Source of the DNA: Monocercomonoides exilis PA203
Taxonomy: Eukaryota > Protista > Preaxostyla
Direction of reading: 5' to 3'
NCBI GenBank assembly: GCA_001643675.2
Contig: LSRY02000025.1
Location: 496,001 to 560,000, forward strand
DNA: 64,000 nt
A model generated the notes under the pieces. That model saw only the letters and a list, made by a program, of their open reading frames with translations, ran no database searches and was not told the DNA's origin. The position numbers and the translations under genes are program-made. Of the stretch, positions 43,901 to 54,300 are shown one piece after another (position 1 is the first letter of the stretch; every line of letters starts with the position of its first letter).

Positions 43901-44373
43901 CATCAGCATTTGAGGATGAAGATGATAATTTCAAAAAAGAGTGTTTGAGGTGGAAGGCGCCTGAGCTGCAGATCAACAAGAACATGGGAGCAACAAAGGA
44001 GTCGGTCTCGTTTTCGATTGGGATGATGCTGTGGGAGTGTCTGACTTTGCAGATCCCGTTTGGGGAGTATGAGGCAGAGGTGGCCGGAAAGAAGATTGTG
44101 AATGGAGAAAGGCCAGATATGACTGCAGTTTGCAACTCTTCTTTTTGTGAGCTGGTCAAATTGACAGTGAGCGAGAAGCAAGGAGCAAGGCCAACACTGA
44201 GCGATCTGAAACGAGAATTCATCCAGAGATTCCCAGCAGGAGCTGTGATCCTCACCATGTCTGATGCAGTCACTTACCAAGAAGGGTCTCAGGAAAATTC
44301 TGAAATGGAGCAGTCTGGATCTTTGGACTCCTCAGAAATAATATTCATCAGCAGCCAAAACACTCCCAGTTGA
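31972..44373 (+). CDS. Giant (4133 aa) intronless type-I membrane protein: beta-helix/GGA(I)-repeat ectodomain, single TM, truncated pseudokinase tail
   Basis: Hydrophobic N-terminal signal. Repeated GGAI/GGGxY..FxxN units and eight CGxxxxxCx(T/S/D) modules. TM WPIIVVVMAIILLIVLIVSVVFIV followed by RWRR. RWKAPE..SFSIGMMLWECLT..RP in the tail. Confidence 0.9.
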   Translation: MWNPYAFRCSILICVFFAFSNLFAFEGQNNSNFPEMSWKKYNPSKLNDDEKNNLFENDYEGNLKNDSVDTQRRKNDSLEKAIISSKLESCIMLANSSIYFHMIAIRAHLSGMPALNAERSILFLSNCLLEVFDKGCYSPICCGQSGVAMNNISAINNENCNAFPCLVSTTTAQEKSKIDVGFVEMASSIFSDIVVSSTSPFVGSELFSQVDVHMCEFMNITARQKPVFAAKSILKQTLQKNVVSGCLFSNCANTFDGVIVGAERGSGFVSMNTTFAETKNSYKDQPFTSPLPSFKSGDIVFVGCTFTNCSSSDRNGGAISVSGLANLNVADCSFFECRSIYISEESTRGGAIYSRAYGDCYLINSTFSKCYVNSSSISFGGAVCIFNNLDIVYGCQFSCCQSSEYCGALNCEYVIMHLCSSSFSNCESVDYGGSVHTYCLKEKSFVTDCSFANSHSQNHSGAISLSIYTNMHILYTYFCFFENNSADSNNGHDIHYWNIDSTKVTSDFIKYSFSLSNKNNRVTTNVDRSEWLPDPNSSPDPILVNSAKFGGDHNDCGGTDDECRTIGFAMNQWVSYKHHSIRLVSERFEETEIEVGGRSVLLKKSDGLDRVNISSHTESGSLFFVEYGSVELELFTLIHSSSISNNSFLFQVTGMFGFVHLDKCVITSDMPDGVFNRPFLSADEGRISLDDCEVKNIVFSDCCLLSTSNCGEICVHGGNITEIVRKEGDGALISKIFKGEESLEWENTTVSGCRCLNGNGGMAALTLVEGSQLSIGKEGLATVMRICVANDGEGNVQNGKGRGGCIYLKLINAADDFVISNPGFENNNALFGKDVYVYSPNLKASVTRERIAYYSSLFTVDEAMGTDEGTPEVVIPLVYCLRERGVRVNVGDNGVDVGVCGFEDYPCKTMQFSLAQQEKVHKLTIASSYSLLECLSLRGDEEYSISGVSGKSEISVVGNGSEQSGVFEVMSDVGISLVSLSLEAWLQSSQAAVFVVGEEVEGSLQISSSLVKGSSSVSEIGYSLVVVKNGKAELNDLEVDSLAFKEPMIICAQMGTKVKAVNLVCSDVLNAESSLIKAESDSELQISGSKFESTGRNKGSMININKARSSIVNRTIFSGCLLSSGDGGAIQGIIGQGQKLEVEGGEMNGVCEKGNGGGMKIVMEKDSIFYVGIEGLAKLKGCQAGMIGDKGGYGGGIWLDCVKSTGNFRLKNVEFAGCVANKYGKNMFVKTEKMGNVIDSTRIGFGPDLLKEDEIVGTEKEDEGYVIPLVLFLRQDVSEVAVGGANEKDFSRCGYAGHPCETVQYGIAQWKKASGISLKISESGILGSELSLASGLNTFRGADSEARMDVNENITVNQNAMIEVSSNCLFESLFLVVPESLNGREWLMKMSAETLNLTNCQYSVRSASFVSVGLVLCVGGRMEICGMCVNEVEYRLHPLMMIEEEAVCNMNESVLNGVITNGEVSVIELHSSGILTLAKTTMSGKKDRASGGGMICDVNGNILTVEDCSFCGVCASMQNGSAINGNVGDENSVIVRNSTFDDCSANDGCGGGIMVTLSGEGMLRIGEEGERTDVKKCNARDLSEEKEGRGYGGGVFVRIVEEAYDVILRSISFGQGEERNGADGGGNNIFVEANELKKIATDTVFDFSFAKSEEEMPNLKDMMGFEGGNKSQAIPLVLLFRNFSSPAFVGNDGINGKLCGFSDYPCADVLFAGKDIFGQGSAIIRLLPQYEITNQLKIEEQEMKIDVEEIGVEVVIASKGSINGEGFIETRSATTFGKMMFSVPCSMSDSKSALFVCFSSSLVMNNVSFIARTNVVSFSLVKVIGGESSLVGVKVSYVKFSTNSFLVIQGDGASAQLNGMELEGVHGEDVCGLIHVNSGGSVNIVNSSEKGTNLKNGAVLYFDGSCGIQLQNNSVTSARREVGSGGGVEGKVGKGKMVEVKECAFETIVCAEEGAKGGGLVVHVEKGGTLKFEGNSVKFNEVSESEGFGGGMFLEFEDTDLSYSMQKNRFGENKALLGRDVYVVCKDVRRMLNEILWEGSVNEEDEKERFWVYDGSVDPAINVSILVILFPESPKIMFVDGSKVNKKECGFEETPCKDVEYAFSLMNDSHSTIRVIGNTTLDADIARNSSLAIQGRGLKKPVIGVGGGGHLTLVNSSIFLSIRSLTFELPATFTTAGYEEFLKIEGGQCLISECVFGVENGIESGIEMESSIWIVKETDGKLEIKSGSVVAIGFQMGKGIADVERGVISLSDMAIKGVSMEGKSLICGGAGAEIVWSNVRASGCSIESGHLLEVKKARNVEIANESYFEGWGVSVENGGMMWCELGGDDKLLVKNSTVRNWSVDGDDGKGGGVYLRIGNDSTDNFVFEDLLFSENSAREGKDMFVFCKALNISVSPIRFCFVAENEEEGNGADLWGSDESHYFEPVNLRLFLVQLHSECVYLSVEGYDAIGCGLEEHACQTLWQGVQNIKSGEDNSEIVILEKACVKDGSDVSGIRIRSAQDEKHSSLLFEENCEFNGDGAIVNSKKSEFVFVDFIFPHSRRNEVKALILSESTNGDMKMSNCIFECSHQDTVEFVVLEMNGGEVTLDWCSFKGKMVFGSQPLKLTGTVSMNNCSFQAVASAQNGKGGLINVILENEAGLQVKNCTIQKCECLPEGGRGGGLFIDCKKSKIARSILFSAVVFEANKADVGENLFVESFDLNSTVTTDTFDFDFEPLKNNANGFVGSDKVFSETDLFRFVVGYRSERIYVSDEGHDVARCGSAEDPCQSWWKGVRQMSEGTDKRWIFVLGRVELNEVFEMTDCSIEAWNPVEDEVSKVKMVIENDVNENRKACLWNKNTARIARVEFEMEGEYDNEEKAVILSENGSLNLVNCSIEGLAEKRIQMLVSFVCVREGVLEITNFDVSNLNCERSLLVVSERCESRIEELVIKGLSLNEGSVIEVEGASRSNHEQAKSMKSSPTILLEKCHVKDVKKDAGGACVIDSGANKESLKLVVNRSMLDECRSLNSEEGGAILFVLKSEGSLRIEESTLSQCGCSTAKGRGGGIYVDAAASGDLDMQFVKDGFDSNVARVGRDLFVKCVDIKKQINETQFNLDLREGSYNRYNAIYGMDETEFVDEPMNLIEFIVTYQNDVIFVTSNISKGSEDSKNCGTQKQPCATLEYGLQHLSYEFNSQLVIIEEGRISAELELCNVTISSRSEQHAKVGVTSGIHGSAESLLSCTDKVLLTRLFVLFESSFAMAHGSFLRSEAGVVQIVSCSFSCEEATRNDESDLLLILLSVTGNGSLSMEEVSITRFSFVCQFIVVESNACLKCSSISIQDVSCRKGLICLCSHRKATLEKMEMSNVLSNEEATIQVHSSDANRNGDEEERTEIEISQLVCKNISVPLTSSVIACDRLKDSFVKIENSSFASYSSSAERGSLVMMSACRNVSMNLCRFGVNTQSFDETVNDEGKDICEWDGSLVDLKGTVTSMKDTTIENSSKGGLSISGGQIVIEEGRFMNNNPMIGKYPSIRRNIVCSDDATVNVVSLKGGDGAKENSSLWMLNKGCKVEGMLEGLKSVLFIPVLGSVSMAEEGAVMSLSFRGALFIPCTLGFEIVTRMGSTKLIEKWEFSEGDFASETEVHSSISSAMITSSPDESEVAAAIIFGEKNAETDLFLLKNKSEPQTRGDGKLVEGGKEGKSIWPIIVVVMAIILLIVLIVSVVFIVRWRREKEVAKKYKEIVDDTVRKDSKAFEMVTMEMSPEEQWKRAEREAEKKNEERIKKRVYETNMEHSESSEHLLSESGSTEYILGRDSDKIPEWALEKVEKEEEEIRNRTPSPSISSTSTADTSDTDSTFVQREDLCPTTSSMSNLVDVMVCSSPHEKLIVDLRDSLFMLLHGRNEKKEMAIGSLKEREMTAARILFWVANGALHSFDEMENPLSSLANLSPHIVLFSEHMVICIVMHSDFSSDDSDSSSISSSTVATSASDDDDDDSDSLPSSAFEDEDDNFKKECLRWKAPELQINKNMGATKESVSFSIGMMLWECLTLQIPFGEYEAEVAGKKIVNGERPDMTAVCNSSFCELVKLTVSEKQGARPTLSDLKREFIQRFPAGAVILTMSDAVTYQEGSQENSEMEQSGSLDSSEIIFISSQNTPS

Positions 44374-44722
44374 ATGAGCAGAGAAATGATCAACATCAAA
44401 GTTGAAGAAGTTAATGATTTTTAAAAAATTAATCCAGCAAACCATCTGCTTTTGGAAAATGATTGAATGTCTTGCCAAGTGTTCAGAGCGAAACCCAGAT
44501 TGAAAAGGAAGCAGAAATTCCTCTTCAATTCAGTTTTTTTTTTGTGTGTGTGTTTGTGGACATTGAGTTTGTGTAAATTTGGATCTTCATTTCAGAATTA
44601 ACCGCTCGTTAATATATCAGCAAGCATTCCATTTTTCATCCTTTTTTGTTGCTCTTTGAAGCTTCAATTTGGAAATAATTCTTGAACGAAATACTTTCTC
44701 AAAAAAAGTGTGCAATTGAGGA

Positions 44723-46650
44723 TTATTGCAGTAACTTTATGGTCCTTGAATCGCATTTGAAAATTCTGTTGATTGTTTTTTTGTGTGAAAACTCCTTTTG
44801 AACATGTAATTTCCACATTTCGTGGTTCTTGTCAAACTGGCAATTTGAATAACTTTCATTGAAAAAGAGCAACATGGCCTGACAATAGCATCTATTGATT
44901 TGATTTTTCATCTTCTTTTCAACTTCCTTCATCTTTTTGATCTTTGGTAATTTCCCAGCTCTGTAATCGCTTTCCATTTCCTTCATTTGGAATTGCACTA
45001 ATTGGTTGATTTTTTATTTCTTCATTGAAAAAAACATGAAAAGTTGTTCTTCCTATTTCATTTCTTCGTCTGCCTTTGCGAAACGTGAGATGTTGTTTTG
45101 GAGCCTGAATATCAGTTTTATGAAAGAATAAACAAAAAAGATAAAAAAATTACCAGAAAAAATAAAAAAAATAAAATAAATAAGTGAAGATGTGAAGAGA
45201 AACAAATTTTCAAACATAAACCCTTATTTAGCGTTTTTGCTTCATTCAAGATGCTTTGTTGTTAAAATCATCATTCTTTTCTTGAATTAATTTTCCCATC
45301 TCATTTCGACTTTTCTTGATTGATTCCTTTCTTGGAAGCAAGAGAATCATTCGCCTGTTCAATTCATTTTTTTTAAAAAAATCGCAATATCACAAAGAAA
45401 GATTCTCACCAAATATGAGTCGAATTACAAAATAAACAAAAAATTAAATAAGAATTTAAAAAACTGAATCAACACAAAAAACAGCAAACCGATAATTCAT
45501 CAGTCAAGATTTTGCAAAGAAATTGTTTTATCAAAAAAGCTTCTTTATTCCCCAATCATTGAGTGAAATAAAGAAGAATGAATATCATTTCCCCAACGTT
45601 GAAGATACAAGCATGCCAGCATTGTTACTTCCATCGAATATTTTGCCTTTTATAAACCTTGAGATAAATTGTCTGATATTTTTGAGCAACTGCAATCGGT
45701 GGCTGTTGATCTGTTGTGAAAAAGAAAAAAATACTCATGAAATGCACATTTCGAATACAATCAATCGATAAACCTTGAATTAATTCTCTTTTATCTTCGT
45801 TCAGAGATTCCACGTATTTGTTTCCACAAAATACTGCGACGCGATCTCTGGTGGAATGCAAAAATTGTGCAGAAACACAAATCAACTTCCTTGATCAATC
45901 TTCCTTGATTTCTCTTTTTTTCTCTCAGAACCGAAAAGGGATTTTATCTTGACCCAATCAACAAAGCCCAAAGAATATCCTCTTATATTTCAATTTCGAT
46001 CTCAAACAGCTTGTTTATTTCAAGTTGCTTTTCTTAGTTTTGACGGATCTTTGACCAGCATTTGAGATGCAAAGGAGACATTAATGCGAGTTGAGGCAAA
46101 CAACCAGATTTCGGAATAATGATTTTATAGGAATGTGTAAGTGCATCCAGGTTGATAAGAGTCAATGCTATAGAAGCCTCACAGCTTTGCATATGGTCAT
46201 TATGCACCTATGTCGGATATTTCGACAAGAAGTCATCTCAAATTACCAAATAATGCAAAACAACTTGAAAATATGATTTCACATCCAAAAACACCTTTTC
46301 TCACTGAATGTTACCAAGTGCAAATTTTCGTATCACCGCAAACAGGGACGAAAATTAACACGAACTGTGTATTTTCTTGAGCAACAAGCCAAGAATGGCT
46401 TCAAAAAGATATCTGTCACTGTCCTTTCGGTTTGCAGAAGTTAAAAATTAAAGAAATTACTCAAAATTGTTGGATGTGCATTTCTTTCTTTGAAGCGCAT
46501 TTCTTTGGTTTCTTGTGTAATTTCCACAGAGAAAACCGAATTTTGAATAAATGAAACGATCTGCGAATCACTGAAGAAATCCACAATTTGCACGTGCACA
46601 AAGCAATTGAGCAATAACGCTCATCAATACTTGATAGATGTGTATTTTTG
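44723..46650 (-). pseudogene. Possible decayed gene of unknown family
   Basis: Several short coding-like minus-strand ORFs (44723-44998, 45625-45885) with no recognisable motif. Confidence 0.2.
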
Positions 46651-46972
46651 TGAGAATTTTGTTTCCTTTATGTAATCGTTTTTGTTTTGCCTAATCAAAA
46701 TAAATACAAAAGAAACATCAAAATGATTTTGACAAGCTGGCTTTTGTGCAATAAAAACAATTTTCGCAAAAATTACTTTTTCAAGACGTATAAAGTTCTG
46801 TTCCAGTTAGGGTGTGCATAAGAAATATTTGGTCAAGTATACATGATTAATAATAGTGGATGAAGATGATTTGAATGAAGTATGAGAGGTAAAATATTAT
46901 GAGCTTTTTCTATCGAAAAGAACAGAAATTTTCATTTTTGAAAAGAATATAATGGTATTGATCAAATTTTTT

Positions 46973-48041
46973 ATGACAACATCTGCAGTCGGAGCGGGGT
47001 ACGATTATTCAACATCAACATTTAGCAATGACGGAAGAGTATTCCAAGTGGAGTATGCAATGAAAGCAACAGAAAAAAGCGGAACTGCAATTGGAATTAA
47101 ATGTGTTGATGGAGTTGTTGTTGCATGCGTAAATTTCCAGATCTCTCCTCTTGTTGTTCCATACTCACAATCTCGTATTCTTACAGCAGCGAAATCAATT
47201 GGATTGGTATTATTTGAAAAACTTAATATTTTCAATGAAGTGTAAATTGCTATGTTTCTCCGTTATTAACCTTAGGTCTCTGCAGGGCTTTTGGCGGATG
47301 GAAGACATCTTGCATCACATTGCAAAGAAACTGTTTGCTTGTAGAATTTATCTTTTTGGTTGTTTTTAAGGATTATCAATTTTGCTCAAATATTTCAAAA
47401 AAAAATAATTCAGGCTGCTGATTACAAAAAGAATTATCACGAGGATATTCCAGTTAGAGTACTTGCGGAAAGGCTTTCAATATATCTTCAGCAATTCACT
47501 CAATTTGGAGCATATCGCCCATTTGGTGTATCCACAATTATTGCTGGCTATGATGATAAGCCACAGTTATATTCAACAGATCCTGCAGCAACTCTTTATG
47601 TTTGCTCTTTTTTATTTAACGATCATTGTTAAAGCGTAACAATTGCGTTTTTAAGGGATATAATGGAGTGGCAATTGGAAAAGAAAAAGCTCAAGCAAGA
47701 ACAGACATAGAGATGCTTCCTTTGGATAAACTTACGTGCGAACAAGCTGTGAAAGAAGCAGCAAAAATGTTTGCCTTTTTATCATTGAGTGAATATATGA
47801 ATATATAAAAATTGAAATTGTTATTTCATTTTACAAAATAAACAATATGATTCTTTCTTCTTGTTTTTCTTTCATCATTGATTGCAGTTTGTATGGCCTT
47901 CGCCACGAAGATGAAAAAGCTTTTGAATTGGAATTTGGATGGGTTCGCACGACTGACAAGATCTTTGGTAGGGTTCCTGATGAATTGAGAGATCAGGCAA
48001 TTGAAGAAGCAAAAAAATGGCTTGAAGAGAAAGACGAATGA
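46973..48041 (+). CDS. PSMA3: 20S proteasome subunit alpha-7 (alpha type-3), 5 exons
   Basis: GAGYDYSTSTFSNDGRVFQVEYAMKA, GLLADGRHL, YRPFGVS, AIGK, FELEFGWV. Exons at about 46973-47206, 47276-47332, 47414-47598, 47657-47768 and 47888-48041. Confidence 0.93.
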
Positions 48042-48375
48042 GAAATTCACAACTCGATGTTGTTCTTTTCTTTGCCATGATTATTTTTTTGTTTTTTCTT
48101 TTGAGTATTTAATATATTTTGTTAAAACTCAATACAAAAATACACCTTCTTTCTTTTTTTCGCAACTCACAATTTTTCTTTTAGCTCCCTTAGAAGGGCG
48201 ATGCAGAAATTCTGGCATCGTTTTTCATTATATTTTTCCACATCAAAAATCATCGCAAAAATGAAGTGAAAGTGAAATGAGCTTATAAAAAAATCTTTCT
48301 TTGGGCACATATTTAAATTGTTTTTTGCCATAATTGTGCGTTCGCTCCTTCGTTTTCAATCGAATGACGATTTTT

Positions 48376-51300
48376 TCAAACTCCTTTCCTTTTCATCATC
48401 TGCTGTGTATATTCCCATATAAGAATTGAAGCACTGTTGGTTGCAATCGCATGCATTATTTATTCAGTGAAAATTTGTTTATCATAATTAATCCAAATAA
48501 AATTGGAAAAAAAAAATTATGAATGAGTTACAAGAAATGAATAAGTAAAAAAGAAAAGAGAGAGAGAGAGAGAAAGCAAACCTAACATGCACATTGAGCG
48601 ATCTGATCATTCCCAATTGAGGAATTTCTATGCATTCATCAACTGCATTCAAGCATTCCACCGGGACGCCTTCCTTCTCCTTTCCCAGCAGCACGACTGT
48701 CTTCTCCTTGAACTCGTACTCATCCAGCCTGACAGAAGAAGAAGTCTGCTCCAGCGCCACAACCGCATATCCCTCGTCCTTCCACTCCTTCAGCCGCCGC
48801 ACAATATCCTTCGTGTTCAGCTGCGTCAACGGCAGCCAGCGGTCTGAAGTGACACAAAGCGCCTTGAAGATCGGGTCTCTCACAACTGACAGATCATTCA
48901 CTGTCATCTCTTTCGCCCCAAACACCTCGCACGTGCGGCACAGCCCACCCAAATTCGGCACTTTCTCCACAAACGACGCCACAACAACAAGCGGCTGGCG
49001 GTTGCTGCGCGCAAGTGAGGCTCCAACAGAAGAAGAAGAAGAGGAGGAGGAGGAGGAGGAGGATAAGCTGGAAAGCATGGCACGAGATGCACCCAGCGCA
49101 TCGTAAGGCGCCGGCACAGGCTTCCGCTGGATGAGAAGCAGCGACTGGCGGAACTCGCTTGTGGGAGCAGCAGGTGAACTTTCATCTTTCTGCTGAGAAT
49201 GCGACGAATTTTCCGCTTGGGATGATTGCGGGGCCTGCTTCTTTGTGAGCGAAAGAAACTGCTTTGAGTCTCTTGCGCCGACTTTAACGCTCTGGAATGT
49301 GTTCTCTCTGACAGACTGCAGAAGAGCTGCTGGGTCGAGGCACACTGCAATCGGGTGCGTGCGTAGAAGAGACGCTCCGCCGTATTTCTGCTCAGCAATG
49401 ATGCAGTCCGGGTTCGTTCTGTAGAAAGCGAGGAAAGGCGAAATTAAGCGCTGAAGTGGAGTTTGGTGGAAGTTACTGAGAGAAGATTTATTTGGAGAAG
49501 AACATGAGATATCCTGTGATGCACGTTGGCCTTGTGGAAATAGAGAGGACAGCATAACTTGAACATAAGTCCTGACATGATTGATCTGCGATGCGCACCA
49601 AGGCAAAAGATATCTCACAATCTCTTCTTCATTCCTCGTTTCCGTGCTTCTATTTGATTGATCTTCATCGCAACTGTCTTTTGCCTTCTTCTCAACAGTT
49701 GTGCTTCCCAAAGTTCCGTTCTCTCCAAACTGCAGCAGGAGAATAGCAATGCGCAAGGCAGACGAAATAGGCTGCGCTTTCATTGTGAAGTCTGAAATGA
49801 TTGGCAGAAGCACTTCACTGGAATCCGACGGAAAGAAGATCAAATATGAAGCATAGAACATTTCAATGTAGTTGCGCACCGTCACCAAGTTGTTCTGAAC
49901 AACCAAAAAGAAGAGTGCACGCGACTTCAGCAGAGACCGAATTTCTGGATGAAGCACAAACAGACACAGCGAGCACAGCGCCTGCCAAATGAGAAGGCGG
50001 CGCCGATGCAGCTCGTCGTGTGGAAGATACAGCACATTCGTTCCAGAGGCGATTGTCGAGCCGTCTGGCTGCTTTTCTGCTTCTTTAAGCAGTTGCTTGA
50101 CAAGCTGAACAGCAAATAAGGACACAGATTGTTGATATGAAGTGTACAACAGAGAAGAATCAGAAGAGGCTGGAGAAATGTTTATCACACAGTCTTCTTC
50201 GATTCCATTGTGTTGCGAAAGAACTACATTTGTCCCGCTGTTTCGAGAGAGGAACGAAAGAAATTCTAAAATTCTGTGTTGTGCCAAGCGAGCCTCCAGC
50301 GCTCCTCTCTTGTCACTGACCATCTGTTCAATGTAGGACTCATTGAAAACAAGGCGGTGGCTCAAAAAAGAGGAGGAAGAGGACGCTGAATAAGAGCAAG
50401 ACTTTCCATTGTGCTGATAGCAGATGGCTGAACCAAGTGCTTCACAGCTGGAAAATAACGTGTCAAATCTCGAGTATAATGTTGTGCCATCTTCGTTAAT
50501 GCTTTCCACAGAAAAATCTGGTTTGCATTTTTCCTTTTTCACATCACGCGTTTTCTTTTCAGATGAACGTTCACTTTTCTGCTTTTCATTCGAATTGCTT
50601 TCATCAGCTTTTTTGCTCTGAGTCATTTTGATTTCTTTTTCTTCTTCTTTGTCAGATCCATCAAAAATGCTTGAATCGCTCTTTCCTTTCTTTTGCTGCT
50701 CCTTTTTGCTTTTTCTTTCAGCAGATTTTTTTCGAAGATTCACTTTTCTCTCCTCTCTTTTCTCTCTTCTCGTTTTGTGGATTCTTCTCGAATCATAAAT
50801 CCTCTCTGCCTCTGCGTGCTCATCAACAGCCTCACCATCAGAGCAGCTTTGTTCTTCTGCCTCATCTTCTCTTCCTCCTCCTCCTCCTTCTTCTTCTTTC
50901 TCCTCGATCTTCTTTTCCGTTCTTCCTTTTCCTCTCCAGCTGCTTCCATCTCGCGCCATCAGATCTCTTCGTTTCCTCTGCTGCCCAGTCAGCCCATCCT
51001 CTGAATTCTTCCTTATCTCTTCTGCATACCCACTCTCTTTCCCTGCATCTTCTCCTTCTTCCCCTTCTCCATCTCCTTCCCCGTCCCTGTTCCCTTCATC
51101 ATCTTCATCATCCTCAGATCCATTGTCAAATGCCTCTTTGCTGCCTTCATCGCTTTTCCTCTTCTTTCCCTTCGCTGCATCGCTGTATTTTTCAATCAGT
51201 TTTGACATGATTGGTGAAAGATACATCTTCTTATATCCAACTCTCTCTGCACTGAACTCTGGGTGAGGTCCCCACATCGACAATTTCAGCACAAAAGGCA

Positions 51301-54300
51301 GCAAAAAGGGAGAAGAAAGAGAAGGATGCGCCATCAGCGCTGGCAAAAGATACTCAATCACCATCGGAACAATTGTTGTCATTGTACTTCCAAGCTGGAG
51401 AAGTAACATGAGCAGACGAACATGTGGTTGAGTCTCTTTCATTTCATTTGAGGATTCAGAAGAAAGCTGAGATTCTGTTTGTAAATGTTCTGAGTCACCA
51501 TCATCATTTTGATCATTTTCACTCACACATTTTCCACTCAATTCGCTTTCGTTACCTTCTCTTTTCCATCTCGCTGCATCGAACATGTGAGGAATACTCA
51601 TCACAGCATCGCTGAAGGCAAATGAAAGCGCAGCCGCAGTCAGACTGGGCAGGTCATTCGGCCTCGCTGACTGGAAGGAGATGCAGCAGGCGTTGATGAC
51701 ATCGCTTGCTAAGGAAAGAGGAAGGGAAGGGATTGAATTAGGATTTGTATTTTGAATGTCAAGTGAGGTTTCAGAAGAAGAAGAAGAAGTTGATGATGAA
51801 GAAGAAGAAACAAACGAGGCAAGCAGAAGAACGCAGTTCAGAACAGCTGGCAAAAGCTCTGAGGATCCGCTTTCGATCGAATCAACTGCTGCTTTGTGAA
51901 TTGTAGACACCAGCTGATGAGACAAAAGAGAAGAAGAAGAAGAAGAAATCTTTTTGTTTGTCTCAAGAGATTGAGAATGCTGAATAGAATCAAGTTGATT
52001 GGCAGAGCCTTTATTCAATGAATGATCTCTCATTATTCCTGTTTTCTCTTCCATTTGCACTCCCTTTCCAGCTCTCATCCTCCTCATCATCTCGTTCCCT
52101 TTCGCCTCCATTTCTCCACTTCCCAAATCTGTTGGCGTTCTTCCTGTTTCTGCAAACGCAGCTGCTGCTTTATCGAAAAACGCATCTCTCTTGCTCATCT
52201 TCTTTGCTGCCTCCAGCGCATTGCTTCCTCCTCTGAACAAGCATAAAAGATCAACCTCTGAGGGAAGGATATTTGAGACAGACAGAAAATGGCGAGGTGA
52301 TAAAATGCCCTGTGTGGCATTCTGCTCAACCACAGAAGGAACAAGAAGCAGCCTCAAAGTGCAGATAAGCTGCTGGTCGATTAAAAAGCCTTTCACCAAT
52401 TTTTCGCCTGACAAGTTCAGTTTTGTTGATATGGAGTTGGAGTTTCGGATGAATGAACGAGAAAGAGAAACAAGGAGCTCTGTGAAGAGAGCAAATGATT
52501 GAGAAAGAGGGATAGTTTGGGTGGATGTGACTGTAGAAGATGAGGAAGAAGAAATAAAGGAAGAAGAAGAAGATGATGATGATGATGATATTAGTGAAGA
52601 TGAACTAGAATTAATGATGTGTTGAATGGATACAGCGAATTCTGATAGAAAGTTGCAGAGAAGAGAAGGCTGAGAAAGGATGTATTTTGAATCAGCTGAA
52701 TCTTTTTCTATCAACTTTGGCATTGGATTTGATAGGCTTTGTGATTCCTCGGTTTTCTGTTGTGTTCCTAAGGCATTCTTAATGAAAGAAGGGATGTAAA
52801 TAGACGAGGAAGACGAGTCATCTGTGGAAGGAGAAGCAACAGAAGAACGAGAAGAAGAAGAAGAAGAAGACGGTGAAAGATTACATTCCGCAGTTGATTT
52901 TTCAAGTAATTTACAACAATTGACGATTGATTGGGACACAGCCACAGACAGAAGAGGAGCAAGAGACAGGAAAGAAAGATAGCACATTTTGAGATCAGAA
53001 GTGGAGAGAGACGCAAAAGCAGCATTTAATTCGTTTGAAAGTGTGATTGCTTTGTTTTGTGGTTGAAGTGAAGAAGAAGAAGAAGATGATGATGATGATG
53101 ATGATGAAGGGGAAGATGGAGAAGGCTGTTGAATAAATGAGGAAAGGAATGAAGTGATGGAATTAACAATGTTAGAGGAAGAAGAAGTTGATGATAACGA
53201 TGATGCATTTTTGACTGGCAAAAGAAGAGATGGAAGAGAAATCTGTGAAAGTGTGGAGGATGCTACTTGAACGACAGAATTTAGCAGCTCGTCGAGTTCA
53301 ACTCCAAATGAAGACAAGAAATCTTGTGTAAAAGATGAGTCAAAGAATGTTGAAAGAGCAGAAAAAGAAGATGAAGCTGATTTCAATTGAATTGCTTGCT
53401 GATATGTTTTCTGTGTTTCTCCAATCTTTTTCTCCTTCCTTTTGTTGTTTCCACAATTGTTGCTATTTCTTCTTCCATTCTTCCAACATGTCAACAGAAC
53501 TGTGGAAGAACACACGAAATGCATAACACTCAAAATTGCCTCTGAAACAAGCGAAATGTGCGACAGGGAAACGCCTTCGCAGCTGATGAGCTTCGAATAC
53601 GTCGAAAGCAGTCCTTCAACAACATTCCTTCTGAGACTCAGCTCAGAGGAAGAAGAGGAAGAAGAGGAAGGGGAAGAAGAAGAAGAAGAATTGCGAGAGG
53701 AAAAGCGGAGAAGAGAATGCATGAGATACAAATGAACAGAGCAAATTGAGTTAATCAGGCGTATTTGAATGGAATGTGTTGAGTTGACAGAAGAAGAAAG
53801 AGAATTTAATGCTTCTTTCTCAACTTTATTGTCACTTTTGCATTCACGACCAACAGCATCATTATCTTCATCATCATTATCTTCATTATCAGAACCCCTC
53901 ATTTCAACAAACTCCTCCACCATTTGCAAAGGCACTGCTGCACACAGCTCCAAAAGCAATGCAATGCAGCTGTTGTGAACATGCGGAGACAGAAATGGCC
54001 TAAGTGATGCTTCAGAAACAACAGAAAAAACAGGGTTGAGCAAAGAATCAAGCAAAGAAGTGAGTAAAGAACCAGAAAACGAATCTGGAAAAGAATTTGG
54101 AAAAGAATTGGGAAAAGAATTGGGAAAAGAAGAAGAAGAAGAAGAAGAAGAAGAAGAAGAAGAAGAAGAAGAAGAAATAAAAGAAGAGCCATCAGAAAGA
54201 GAAGAATCGAGCATTGTGAAAGGGAAAAGGAGAGAAATAATACGAGCAGCACGGCGGAGTGTCAGAGAATGATCGACAGCTGAGCTGGAAAAGGAGTAGT

